Below are positions 53,724 through 63,905 of a stretch of 64,000 nt of DNA, piece after piece. The stretch spans positions 928,001 to 992,000 of the forward strand of contig CAWEPZ010000011.1 in the NCBI GenBank assembly GCA_963811105.1, given 5' to 3'. This DNA comes from Candidatus Bathyarchaeota archaeon. GTDB taxonomy: Archaea > Thermoproteota > Bathyarchaeia > Bathyarchaeales > Bathycorpusculaceae. A model generated the notes under the pieces. The model was not told the origin of the DNA. It ran no database searches and worked only from the letters and a program-made list of their open reading frames with translations. Every line of letters starts with the position of its first letter. Positions within the stretch are counted from its first letter, which is position 1. A program made the translations under genes and the position numbers.

Positions 53724-55609
53724 ATGGAGATTCTTTTGAAACTTCTGCCATTAACTAAACTAGGTGCTCGTGAAGGACCACTAGGCACTGTTAATTTTGG
53801 AATCTTCTTACCGTGGATATCCTCCGTTGACGGCAACAAGCTTTTCGTCAAAATTATCCACGAGAAAGACCAGTTTCTACAAAATATCCAGCCTCTCAAA
53901 TTTGAATTAGACCACTCAACAGATCCAGATTATGGTGATTACTGGTCAACGAGTCTGGACATACAGTCAATTGCTAAACCTACACCAGATTCAGTCTGGG
54001 GAACCAATGGACGATATGTCTACCGATACTGTTTAGAGAACCCAAACCTTGACGAAAGCAAATACCCCCAAAAACTGCTAGATTGGATTATCGACCCCTG
54101 CGCCAGTGAATTTGGCATAGGCAAACTCTCAGCCATAACCTTAGGCTACAAGCCATACCAATGGAGTCTAAACGAAGCCACCTGGAAAACGCCAGATCTA
54201 GAAGACCTAATAATTTATGAGTTAATGATTAACGAATTTGGCGGAAGCGTCGATCAAACAATAGCCAGATTAGATTACTTAGCAGACTTAGGGATAAACT
54301 GCATAGAGCTAATGCCTCTATCCAATGTTGCAGCAACAATAGATTGGGGTTACCTACCCATCGGCTACTTTGGCGTGGACGAACGCTTTGGAAACAGAAA
54401 AGATATGCAAAAGCTAATTGATGCAGCGCACCAACTTGGAATAGCAGTCATCGTTGACTCAGTATACGCCCACACAGCCGCCGACTTTGCCTACTTCTAT
54501 ATTTACAATGCTCTACAGTATCAGGACAACCCCTTCATAAAAGGAACCGATGAATACGGAAAAACTCCCAATTACGACAAAGCATTCACACAAGATTTCT
54601 TCTACACAGTCAATTACCAATGGCTAAAACAATTCCACGTTGATGGATTCCGCTACGATAATGTACCGAATTTTTGGGACGGCCCCACCGGAAATAAGTA
54701 CGCGGCACTTGCGTACGAAACGTATCAACTTATAAAATCAAAGAAAGATGACTCAGATTGGCAACGATTCTACAATAACGGAACAATCAACCTTATCCAA
54801 TGTGCCGAACAACTAAACGATCCGAAAGGAATTCTAACAGAAAGCTACTCAAACGCGACTTGGCAAGACAAAACCCTTAACGCTGGCGAAAAAATCGTCA
54901 AAGGAAACATGGACGAACTTACAAATTTGGGCTTCATGTTTTGCCTAGACCAATTCCCAAGGGTACAAACCACCAACGGAGACGCTATGCAAAAAACTGC
55001 GCTCCAATACTTTGAGAATCATGACCACTCACGATTCGTCTGCAACTTCAGCAACGTAGAGGGAGATCCGCTAATTTGGCAGGGAAACAGAAGCTCATTC
55101 TATAAACTGCAACCATACCTGATCGGGATGCTCATGGCTAAAGGGATTCCACTGCTTTGGCAAGGCCAAGAATTCGCAGAAAACTATTACCTGCCAAACC
55201 CTCAGACGCCACATCAATGGGGCGTATTCTATTGTTCCGACCAGTACGCTGGGACTACTTCTACGATCAGATTGGCAAATCAACAGTCGGCCTCGTCAGA
55301 AACCTCATTAAAATCCGCAGAAAGAACCTCCAAATAAGACAAGGAGAAGGCTATTTCCATAACGACCAAGCCAACCTACAAAAAAAAGGAATCCTTATTT
55401 TCCACCGTGTCGATGGCCAAAACTTTAGCCTGATAGCATTAAACTTTAGCGACCAAGACCAAAACGTGTCATTCACCTTCAATTTTGCAGGCAACTACAT
55501 CGATGAACTCCCTGGATACCAAGACATAGGCAACATAGCCCAAAGCGAAACACGAATAATTAACGTTCACAGCAACTATGGACGCATCCTCACCCTCAAA
55601 CAACCATAA
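53724..55609 (+). CDS. GH13 alpha-amylase-family glycosidase (frameshift ~55200)
   Basis: IIYEL, IELMP, WGY, VDGFRYD, ENHDH, GIPLLWQGQEF; C-terminus in the 55157-55609 frame. Confidence 0.85.
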
Positions 55610-55783
55610 ACACGAGTACAAGGATAAACTGATAGAAAAATGTTAGCAGCCAGTTTTCTACTGTTCATTAATTATAACTTTTTAACCGCATAGAAAACAG
55701 GGTTAACCATGTATCCATGTCTATTGCATTTCTTCTTCTCTCAGTTAACCCGTCTTTTGCTGTTGCAACTTTGATTACAATTA

Positions 55784-56416
55784 TTAAAGCCCAGGTATGT
55801 TTGTATCTACAAGGTTTATGTCCATGTTGTAAGATTGTCCTTCAACTGTTGGAGAGGTCATCACCATTTTGATTGGCCATTGGATGCTGTTGTCAACGTA
55901 GTATGCTGCGCTGATTCCTTCGCTGCTATATTCGTAAACAGTGCATGTTCTTGTTCCAAGCTTCGGTATGGTTATTTGTGTGGTATATGTTTTGTCTAGT
56001 GTTAGGTTTTCTGGCTGGAAATTCATGTTTTCTCTGCTTACCCAGGTTGTGGTTGTATTTTCTGTTCCACCGAAAGGTGTTGACATGTTGTAGTAGGTTG
56101 ATAATTGCATGTGGGTTTGGTTTACATCAACAATTTCCATTCTTGCGTTGAAGGTGATACCCATTGATAAGATTTCAGCTTGGCCTGCATAGGTCGCATA
56201 AGCGCCCTTTTTGATCCAAGATTGTGGGCTGTCCTGATTATTAGTCGATCCGTTCTGATCGTTAGTTTGACTATTGGGTGATTGGTTACCTTCCCTCAAA
56301 AACGCCACAGTAGAGGCGAGTGCAGCAACTGCTATAATAGCTACTATTATGACAATGATTTTTTTGCTAAAAAAAGATTTTTTTGCGACTTGTTGATTGC
56401 TTTCCATTTCGGCCAC
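55784..56416 (-). CDS. Membrane-anchored hypothetical protein
   Basis: N-terminal TM helix, N/Q-rich linker, beta-rich domain. Confidence 0.65.
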   Translation of the reverse strand: MAEMESNQQVAKKSFFSKKIIVIIVAIIAVAALASTVAFLREGNQSPNSQTNDQNGSTNNQDSPQSWIKKGAYATYAGQAEILSMGITFNARMEIVDVNQTHMQLSTYYNMSTPFGGTENTTTTWVSRENMNFQPENLTLDKTYTTQITIPKLGTRTCTVYEYSSEGISAAYYVDNSIQWPIKMVMTSPTVEGQSYNMDINLVDTNIPGL

Positions 56417-56652
56417 TGTTTAATTGCACGAATTCTTAATAAACAATATATACCTTATGGAGACAGAGTAAGAACCAGAACTACAATCACCCACCGTACC
56501 CGCATCGTATTTGTTCGAGACTCACGACCAATTCTTTATTCGGTCGGTAAAACAACGACAAAAACAAATTGGGCTATTGTTCTCTTGATACTAAAATGGC
56601 ATTATTGGTTGTTGAAAGAATCCTTATATCCCATCCTCAGCAATAGGCTCGC

Positions 56653-57120
56653 ATGGCAGAACCAAAAAACGGCCGACCAATTTTCTTCCCCCAAAAATTG
56701 GTTCTACTTGGCAACCTCGCCCTTTTTGCATGGATTATTCTTGATGCAATTGCTTTTCTACTGTATGATTTAACGATTGGCATTGTATTTCTTGTGGCGA
56801 CGCTGATCTTAATTTATGGCTTACTGCATCTTCTAGGTTGTCTTCGTCCATGCTACAACTGCATAAAATGCACTCACGGCATGGGACGCTTAGCAGCATT
56901 ATACTTTGGCAAACGCATCTTCAAAGACTACAAATACAGCTACAAACTGCCCACAGCAATACTCTTCACTCTATATATTGGGGCGTTTCCAGCAACATTC
57001 GCACTTTACTCTGCCGCCATAGATTTCACAGTCATCAAAGCAGCGGTTTTTGTAATTCTTTTAGCATTTACAATCTATAGCGGCCTAACGTGGCGAACAA
57101 AAAAACGCTCGAACACATAG
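56653..57120 (+). CDS. Four-TM membrane protein with CxxCxxCxxC motif
   Basis: GCLRPCYNCIKCTHGMGRLAA. Confidence 0.65.
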   Translation: MAEPKNGRPIFFPQKLVLLGNLALFAWIILDAIAFLLYDLTIGIVFLVATLILIYGLLHLLGCLRPCYNCIKCTHGMGRLAALYFGKRIFKDYKYSYKLPTAILFTLYIGAFPATFALYSAAIDFTVIKAAVFVILLAFTIYSGLTWRTKKRSNT

Positions 57121-57179
57121 AGGCAAAATTACACTGCAACTGCAAACCCAAAAATGAAGAAATTCTTCAACCAGTTGTG

Positions 57180-57635
57180 CTATGCCTGAGCTGTTTTAAT
57201 CAAGTTAGCAGTATTGAAACCTTTCCCGTTGACAAACTCAATAAGTTCTGAAAAAAGCGACTCAGCCATCTGCGTCGTTCTGCTTAAAATCCAGAGGTAA
57301 TTACGGTCGGGTGTACCGACAACTGCATAGTCATAGTCTTGACCTAACTTAATAATCCAGTAATCACCATGAAATGGCCTAAAGAATGTAACTTTAAGTT
57401 TAGCTCCAGAAGTTTTGTCAACCACCTTAGCCTTGCCTTTTGCCTTTTTATATTTACCATTTTTTGTGCATTCATTCAAAACGGATATACTGCCATCTTT
57501 TAGCAACGAATAAGTAGCTGTTGTGTGGTCACACCCTTCTTGAAATTTAGCGGGAAGACGAGCAATCTCATACCATTTACCTAAATATCTTTCAAGCTCT
57601 ACTTTGGGAACGACCTCAAGCGCAGTATTAGTCAA
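57180..57635 (-). CDS. blc: Lipocalin (Blc-like); start uncertain
   Basis: RYLGKWYEIARLP..FQEGC, GDYWII, YLWILSR. Confidence 0.85.
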   Translation of the reverse strand: MTNTALEVVPKVELERYLGKWYEIARLPAKFQEGCDHTTATYSLLKDGSISVLNECTKNGKYKKAKGKAKVVDKTSGAKLKVTFFRPFHGDYWIIKLGQDYDYAVVGTPDRNYLWILSRTTQMAESLFSELIEFVNGKGFNTANLIKTAQA

Positions 57636-57815
57636 AATATTCACGCCAATATCAATTAAGAAATATCGCACATTAACTTTTCCTTTTAATTTGTAGTTTG
57701 CCTTGCAGAAAAAAATTCTCATCTCGGTTCAATAGGTCATTAATTAGTTTCCTTGCACTGCATGGAAACTATCTTATCTTACTTTAAAGTAGTAATATTT
57801 GGTGAGAGCAATTTG

Positions 57816-58046
57816 GTGCAGCAATGTGTAACCGTTTCTACAAAAATCCCCAAGCAACTTAAAGAAAAAATTCAGAAATTCAAAATCAAGCCATCCAAGA
57901 TTTTGCGAAAAGCCCTTGAAGATGAAGTAAAGAAAAGAGAAGTGGAAGAGCTAAAATTAGAGATAGACAAGTTAAAGCCAATTCTGGATAAGGTCAGCGT
58001 CGAAGACATCGTGAAAAGCATAAGAGAAGACCGGGACAGCCGATGA
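57816..58046 (+). CDS. vapB: VapB-type RHH antitoxin
   Basis: TVSTKIP..ILRKAL..SIREDRDSR; overlaps the PIN gene. Confidence 0.75.
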   Translation: MQQCVTVSTKIPKQLKEKIQKFKIKPSKILRKALEDEVKKREVEELKLEIDKLKPILDKVSVEDIVKSIREDRDSR

Positions 58047-58438
58047 AGTCTCTTTTTGATTCATCAGCCATTTTTAGAGCCGTTAAAGAAAACAAAATCG
58101 AGTTTTTGGCTGGAAATTACACGTTAGAGTTAGCAAGATATGAATTGGAAAACATCATTTGGAAAGAATGCGTCTTGCATGCAAAGGTTTCAGAGCAAGA
58201 AGCAAAAATGATCGCGAAAACAATCAATCATACCCTAGACTTAATGGACCTAATAGAAATAGCGGGGAACGAAGATGAAATCTTGGATACAGCAATAAAA
58301 CTCAAAATTACTTTTTATGACGCTTCATATGCTTATTTTGCTAAAACAAAAGATCTTAGATTAATAACAGAAGACGCCCGATTAATCAAAAAGATAACAT
58401 CTACAACAAACGCTACTACGCTAGAGAGCATCAAATAA
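58043..58438 (+). CDS. vapC: VapC PIN-domain toxin
   Basis: LFDSSAI, YELEN, TFYDASY, LITED. Confidence 0.85.
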   Translation: MKSLFDSSAIFRAVKENKIEFLAGNYTLELARYELENIIWKECVLHAKVSEQEAKMIAKTINHTLDLMDLIEIAGNEDEILDTAIKLKITFYDASYAYFAKTKDLRLITEDARLIKKITSTTNATTLESIK

Positions 58439-58447
58439 CTCCTCCTT

Positions 58448-58497
58448 ACAGATTGCAGACCTGTCATATATGGGTTCAACTCCCATCCCCGGCTCCA
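58448..58497 (+). pseudogene. tRNA-Cys(GCA) 3' fragment (anticodon arm to CCA)
   Basis: acaga-ttGCAga-cctgt, catat, atggg-ttcaact-cccat, ccccggc-T-cca; no D-arm or 5' acceptor strand. Confidence 0.75.
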
Positions 58498-58566
58498 ATT
58501 GTTTTAACTTGAAATTGCAGAAATCTTCTTACCTTACGCAGTTGTTATACTATTTCGGTAATACCA

Positions 58567-58797
58567 ATGAGTATGGAAGAAACAGTATGCGCCAAGGTTC
58601 CCGCTGGACTCAAAAAAAAGTTATCCAGCCTAGGCGTGAACGTAAGCAAGGTTATACGTGAATCCTTACAGTCAGAAGTAGACCGACTGGAAAAAGAAAA
58701 GCTAGACAAACTTGCCAAAGAGGTATCCGCCATATTCAAAAAAATTCCGCCTGAAGAGTTCGCCCAATCCGTCCGTGCCTCAAGGGACAGCAGATGA
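58567..58797 (+). CDS. vapB: VapB-type RHH antitoxin
   Basis: TVCAKVP..VNVSKVIRESL..VRASRDSR. Confidence 0.75.
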   Translation: MSMEETVCAKVPAGLKKKLSSLGVNVSKVIRESLQSEVDRLEKEKLDKLAKEVSAIFKKIPPEEFAQSVRASRDSR

Positions 58798-59234
58798 CAG
58801 AGCTGCGGTTATTGTTTGATGCTAATGCCATATTCAGGCTTATCAGAGAATGCCCTGAAAAAGCTATGGACAAGCTGATGGAAGGGGCAACGATTAGTTT
58901 AGCGTATTATGAGCTTGGCAACGCTTTGTGAAGAGAGACTCATTTGCTTAAGAGGATAAGCATTGAGGAAGCCGAGAAATCGTTGAGCCTAATGTATGCG
59001 ATGCTTGTGCGCATGCAGGTAGTCGAGGTCTATCGCGAACAAGGAATCGAAATACTGCAAACGGCTCATAAGTATAATCTAACGTTTTATGACTCCGCAT
59101 ATCTTGTAGCTGCAAAGAAAGCCAGTAAAATCCTAATAACAGATGACAACAAACTTGCTAAAGCCGCAGAAATCTTGGGCATAGAAACTCTATCAAGCAA
59201 TACATTGACCGCTAACCAAAAACACAAAGGGTAG
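58794..59234 (+). pseudogene. vapC: VapC PIN toxin with in-frame TGA at the conserved Trp
   Basis: MTELRLLFDANAI..YELGNAL*RE..TFYDSAY..ITDD; TGA at 58929-58931. Confidence 0.75.
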
Positions 59235-59281
59235 CCTGCAGAGCGACTCTACATGGGTTCGAATCCCACCCCTGCACTCCA
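59231..59281 (+). pseudogene. tRNA-Cys(GCA) 3' fragment (anticodon arm to CCA), different allele
   Basis: gtagc-ctGCAga-gcgac, tctac, atggg-ttcgaat-cccac, ccctgcac-T-cca. Confidence 0.7.
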
Positions 59282-59514
59282 ATCTGACCCAATCGCATCT
59301 TTGTTGCTGTAGCTTGAAGTTGAAGAGTGGAGGCAGAAAGGATTCTACGTTAGCTCCGATGCTTAAGCGATTGAAGTTTTTAGGAAGATTCATAGCTTTA
59401 GGATTCTTGGATTCAAAGATCCGGATAAGAAGTCGATGCTGCAGACAGTTGGATCTGATTTTTAATGGAAAAGTTTATTATAATACGTTATATGGTGATT
59501 ATAGATGATGTATA

Positions 59515-59748
59515 ATGAGTGAAGAAGAAGCCACCACCATACAGCTTAAGAAATCCACAGTTAAGGAGCTGAAAAACATCAGAAGGTACCCCAGAGAAAC
59601 CTACAACGAGACCATCTCTAACCTGATAAAACTGGCAAAAGAATCCAAAACCCGAAGACAATACGACGAATTCCTCCACAAGATTCAACAATCAAAAATG
59701 AAGGAGTTGTGGGACAACACAGAAGATGAGGCTTGGGAACATGCTTAA
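59515..59748 (+). CDS. Antitoxin (RHH-like) paired with MazF
   Basis: TTIQL..ETYNETISNLI; acidic tail LWDNTEDEAW. Confidence 0.7.
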   Translation: MSEEEATTIQLKKSTVKELKNIRRYPRETYNETISNLIKLAKESKTRRQYDEFLHKIQQSKMKELWDNTEDEAWEHA

Positions 59749-60055
59749 AGCCGGAGACGTTATCGTTGCAAGCGTACAATTTACAGATACTGCTGAAGTG
59801 AAGACCCGACCGGCAGTGGTCCTGTTTGAAGAGTTAGGAAACGTTGTGATAGCAGGGATAACAAGCAATCTCAAAATGAAGGGATTACCACTATCCAAAA
59901 GTGAGGGCGCCATAAAAGACAGCGTAATAAAACTTAACTACATCTTCACCATCTCCAATGAAATGGTTTCTAAAGTCATCTTTCAATTGAGCAAAGAGAA
60001 AAAGCGTCTCATATTCGATGAGCTTGGCAAAAGGCTTGATGGCCTCAAAGCATAA
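59741..60055 (+). CDS. mazF: PemK/MazF-family toxin
   Basis: GDVI..FTD..KTRPAVVL..AGITS..DSVIKLNYIFT. Confidence 0.8.
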   Translation: MLKAGDVIVASVQFTDTAEVKTRPAVVLFEELGNVVIAGITSNLKMKGLPLSKSEGAIKDSVIKLNYIFTISNEMVSKVIFQLSKEKKRLIFDELGKRLDGLKA

Positions 60056-60331
60056 CCTTCATTGCTTGTCTTTTCAGGCGGGATGCAAAACCAACATTGC
60101 AAAAGGCTGTTGTTATTTCGTTAACAGTGTCTTCTTTGGAAATCTGTTAAGAAGTAACGCTTACGAACTATTTCTCACAATAACCAACTCTCTCAACAAA
60201 AACAATAAAGTACTAAATTGCCTCCATTCTTCTCTCTATTCGGATCTTTAAGTTCAGAATATTACTGAAGAATTTTCTAAGTAAGTCTTAATAGCAGATG
60301 ACTGTAAAATAGCGGGAAGGGTAAGTTTGGG

Positions 60332-61180
60332 ATGCAGCAGTTAGAGTTACATGATCTTAGCGCAGGATATGGTCTTGAAGAGGTAATTCACAAAATTAAT
60401 CTGAAGCTAACTGAACCATCAATCTACGTCGTATTGGGACCAAATGGTGCTGGAAAAACTACTCTTTTCAGAGCTATTTCGGGTATTTTGAAACCTTTTT
60501 CTGGACAAGTCAGGTTAGATAACTTTGATCTGTTCAATTCTAAAGAAGCAAGGCAGAAGGTGGCTTACCTTTCTCACCTAAATGCTCTTCCGGAAGAAAT
60601 GACTGTCTACAATGCCCTCAAGTACTATGCTGATATTGAAGGTGGAGATGTTGAGCACGTCATTAACGTTTTAAACCTCAATGATCTTCGCAATAAAAAA
60701 TTCTCTTCTCTCTCACAAGGACAGAAAAAAAGGGTTTCAGTCGGCAAGATCTTTCTTAGAGAAAGAGACCTCTACCTTCTTGACGAGCCAACTTCCAACG
60801 TAGACCCAAAAATCTCCAAAGAAATAAGACAATTACTAACTGAACTAAGCAAGGATAAGTTTGTCCTCTACTCTTCCCATAATCTCTATGAAGCAAGAGA
60901 AATCGGCACATATCTAATTGTGATAAAAAATGGTGCATTAACGTATTTTGATAGAATAGAAAATGTAAAGACAAAACAATATCGTGTAGGTTTCAAGACT
61001 CTAAATGATATATCAAAGATGCTTCCAAATTCCAAGCTTGAAAATGGATATTTTGTAATCACTGTCCAAAGCTCTGAGGAGGTAGCTGAGATCGTTGATA
61101 AAGTTGTGGCACAGGGCGCTAAAATAATTGAGCTTCGCGAGCTGGATAATCCATTGCAGGAGTTCTTTGAGGAGGTATAA
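60332..61180 (+). CDS. ABC transporter ATP-binding protein
   Basis: GPNGAGKT, LSQGQ, LLDEP, SSH. Confidence 0.9.
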   Translation: MQQLELHDLSAGYGLEEVIHKINLKLTEPSIYVVLGPNGAGKTTLFRAISGILKPFSGQVRLDNFDLFNSKEARQKVAYLSHLNALPEEMTVYNALKYYADIEGGDVEHVINVLNLNDLRNKKFSSLSQGQKKRVSVGKIFLRERDLYLLDEPTSNVDPKISKEIRQLLTELSKDKFVLYSSHNLYEAREIGTYLIVIKNGALTYFDRIENVKTKQYRVGFKTLNDISKMLPNSKLENGYFVITVQSSEEVAEIVDKVVAQGAKIIELRELDNPLQEFFEEV

Positions 61181-61203
61181 GTCTGGGGTTTTGGCAAGTT
61201 ACT

Positions 61204-61893
61204 ATGAAAAGAAGCACGCGGCTAAGCAAAAGTTACATTATCATAGGGATATTTCTAACCATATATGGAGTAGTTCTTTCAAACCTTACGACAATAATTC
61301 CATCAATAATTCCACCTGGAACGAATACCCCTGCGCCCATCGATTTAATAAACAATTTCCCACTCATCTCAATAGCTTTGCTGTCCTTTTCAGCCGTTCT
61401 ATTTGCACTGCCGGCAATAATGCTCTTTGTATACGATAAAAATAACGGAGTCTTAGAATATCTCCTCTCAACAGGTCTTGACCAACTAGACATCTTCAAA
61501 GGCTATGTAAAAGCCTCATTAGTTTTAGCAACATATTTGCTATTCTTTGCAATCATACTAAACACAGCAGTGGGCATTCTACTAGGAACCAATCTGACCT
61601 TGATAGTTAGTATAGCAATTCTTACATTCGCAATCGGTATCTCAGAAGTATTTCTCGTAAGCATCTGCATGATAGCCTTTAGCTCCCTTCAAAAAACACC
61701 TATGGGTGCAAACCAACCATTAGGAGTCATCGTAGGCATCATCCCAATGTTTCCTGCTTTACTACTACCTCTTGCGTTTCCCACATACGCCATATTAGTT
61801 GACTTAACCATTGCCGCTATTACCTTGCTTGCTTCATTAGCTCTGTTACTGTCCACTGGCCGCCTGATCCGCAGAGAAAAACTACTACCCTAA
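61204..61893 (+). CDS. ABC-2 type permease
   Basis: Multi-TM; DKNNGVLEYLLS; adjacent to the ATPase. Confidence 0.8.
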   Translation: MKRSTRLSKSYIIIGIFLTIYGVVLSNLTTIIPSIIPPGTNTPAPIDLINNFPLISIALLSFSAVLFALPAIMLFVYDKNNGVLEYLLSTGLDQLDIFKGYVKASLVLATYLLFFAIILNTAVGILLGTNLTLIVSIAILTFAIGISEVFLVSICMIAFSSLQKTPMGANQPLGVIVGIIPMFPALLLPLAFPTYAILVDLTIAAITLLASLALLLSTGRLIRREKLLP

Positions 61894-61900
61894 AGATGTT

Positions 61901-61989
61901 ATGGCAGAACCTAAAAACACATGAACCCAAAGAGGCAAAATCATAGTGCAGTTGTAAACCCAAAAAATAGAGAAGTCTTCAACCCGCTT
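61901..61989 (+). repeat. Internally deleted relic of the 56653-57177 gene unit
   Basis: atggcagaacctaaaaac matches the start of the 56653 ORF; gaggcaaaat..aaacccaaaaa..tcttcaacc matches 57120-57177. Confidence 0.6.
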
Positions 61990-62035
61990 ACTTTAATACT
62001 GGATTGATTTCGGATAGGCAGTTGAAAAATTATCA

Positions 62036-62653
62036 ATGGAACATCACATTAATCATCATATTGACCGCGTCAAGTTCTTAATGTCCCAAGAAAGAAAACA
62101 GCAGCATAATCCAGAAACCATTCTAAACGAGGCAAGGGCAACGAAGGGAATGATCATGGCAGACTTGGGTTCGGGACCTGGCTTCTTCACTATACCACTG
62201 GCACAGATGACAGGAGAAAAAGGCCTCGTATACGCCGTCGATAGCAACCAGACAATGCTAAATGGCTTAAGAGAAAACATTGCCAAGTCAGAAGTGAACC
62301 CAAATATCATAAAAATAGTAAATAGTGATGTGTGTCATACAGGAATCCCTAAAGAATCCGTCGACCTTGTCATATTCGCCAACGTTCTACATGAGGTAGA
62401 GGATAAGAAAGCGTTCTTCCAAGAAGTTAGACGTATAGCTAAACCAACAGCTTACGTTGTTGATGTAGACTGGAAGAAGATCCAAACTGAACATGGACCG
62501 CCGTTTAAAGAACGACTCTCGGAAGATGAGGCCAATCGGGCTCTTGTAGAGAACTGTTTCTCTGCCATTAAACAAATTGACATTGGACCATATCATTATG
62601 AGATAATTTGTAGGCCAACAGCTCACTTTCAAGAGTCTCAGCCTCAAGCATGA
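62036..62653 (+). CDS. Class I SAM-dependent methyltransferase
   Basis: ADLGSGPGFF, VYAVD, ANVLHE, VDW..GPP. Confidence 0.85.
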   Translation: MEHHINHHIDRVKFLMSQERKQQHNPETILNEARATKGMIMADLGSGPGFFTIPLAQMTGEKGLVYAVDSNQTMLNGLRENIAKSEVNPNIIKIVNSDVCHTGIPKESVDLVIFANVLHEVEDKKAFFQEVRRIAKPTAYVVDVDWKKIQTEHGPPFKERLSEDEANRALVENCFSAIKQIDIGPYHYEIICRPTAHFQESQPQA

Positions 62654-62869
62654 ATGGGCAACCTCACTCGAACCGAATGCAACAACCAAATTCAGTTACT
62701 TGGTGCTTCTGATTTGATGGCAGAACAACAACAATACGCTAGCATCTGTTGTTGTTCTTTTGTTAAAATATGAGTGATTGAAAGAAGAAAAAATTGCCTT
62801 TTCGGAAAAATCGATTTTTTCTTCCTGATCTTTCGAATTTTTTTCTTTTTCCTTATGGAATTTGTAAGC

Positions 62870-63139
62870 GGTTCTATTGCAAAGATTCTGAGCAAAGCTC
62901 TGACTTCTATACAAATGAAAACATGTCGCTTAGGCTTAGTGGTTGATGATGAGGGTGAAAAAAACACGCCATCATCATCTACCTTTGATAAGTTAATTTT
63001 GCCATTTGAATTGCCTTCAATTGAGCAAGAACTCAAGACTTTAGCTGGAGCATTGAAATGTCTTGAAACGGCGAATTTAGATAAGACTGATGTCTTTGAT
63101 TATTTTGTTGATCAGGCCTATTCCAATTTGAAAAACTAA
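62870..63139 (+). pseudogene. 'MARGKPW' protein copy 3 (internal fragment)
   Basis: SIAKILSKALTSIQMK..EKNTPSSSTFDKLILPFELPSIEQELKTLAGAL..LDKTDV; both ends missing. Confidence 0.7.
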
Positions 63140-63286
63140 TCAACCGTATCTAAACCGTAAGCTTACAACAATTGAGTCTCAATTAAAAAAGAAAGTTGCA
63201 GAACCTGCGCTTCTACTGATTAGCCGGTTGCTTTTTTCTTGATTACTAGAACAATGAAGCTTAACAACGGAAACGCAAAATTTGAT

Positions 63287-63685
63287 TTATTTCATTTCAT
63301 TTATGGAAATTGCAGCTTTGCATTTCTTGAGTAAGTCATTGTCCGCCGTAACTAATTTGAGGTTTTCTTTCTCTGCCAAATAAACGTAGGATGCATCATA
63401 GAAAGTAAGATGTCGCCCTATCGCAACCTCTAAAACGTCCGCTATTGAATCAACCTCAAATTTTTTAAGAGGAGCCAGGGCTTCAGAGAAAATCCCCGCT
63501 ATCCTCGCTGGATCTTTGAGTTTTTTCTGCTGGTTTTCCCGCCAAAGCACATTCCCAATCTCGTACTCTGTTAGGGAACTCACCGCGCATTCCTCAGCAT
63601 TGAACGGTATGCCAGAAATTAAGAGGGGGTAAAGGGCAGAGGTGTCTATGATGTACTTACATTTCGTGTCTTGTCGCTTTGACAT
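63287..63685 (-). CDS. vapC: VapC PIN-domain toxin
   Basis: IIDTSALY, YEIGNVLW, TFYDASY, LVTAD. Confidence 0.85.
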   Translation of the reverse strand: MSKRQDTKCKYIIDTSALYPLLISGIPFNAEECAVSSLTEYEIGNVLWRENQQKKLKDPARIAGIFSEALAPLKKFEVDSIADVLEVAIGRHLTFYDASYVYLAEKENLKLVTADNDLLKKCKAAISINEMK

Positions 63686-63905
63686 CGCTTACCCACTCGT
63701 CAACTTTAACATCCATAAGACTGCCGAGTTCTTTGGCCACTTTCTGCGCTTTTGCTTTCTTCTCAGCAACAAGATCCTCTAAAAGCTGCTCCACAGCCAC
63801 TTTTAGATCGACTCCTAGCCTCTCAGCCTCATCTTTGAGACATTTTTTGACCCTTACCGATAAAACCTCAGTCAAAAGTATACACCCAACAAATAATGTA
63901 TACAA
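63657..63905 (-). CDS. vapB: VapB-type antitoxin
   Basis: EVLSVRV..LKDEAERLGVD; overlaps vapC. Confidence 0.7.
   Translation of the reverse strand: MYTLFVGCILLTEVLSVRVKKCLKDEAERLGVDLKVAVEQLLEDLVAEKKAKAQKVAKELGSLMDVKVDEWVSDVKATRHEM

Noticed and set aside
58929-58931. Selenocysteine or recoded TGA in vapC2
   Set aside because: The position is a conserved Trp, not Cys; other genes use TGA as stop; no SECIS evident.
41021-59281. Functional full-length or split tRNA genes
   Set aside because: All GGTTCRA-containing segments lack D-arms and 5' acceptor strands, many have broken T-stems, and no complementary leader typical of split tRNAs was seen.
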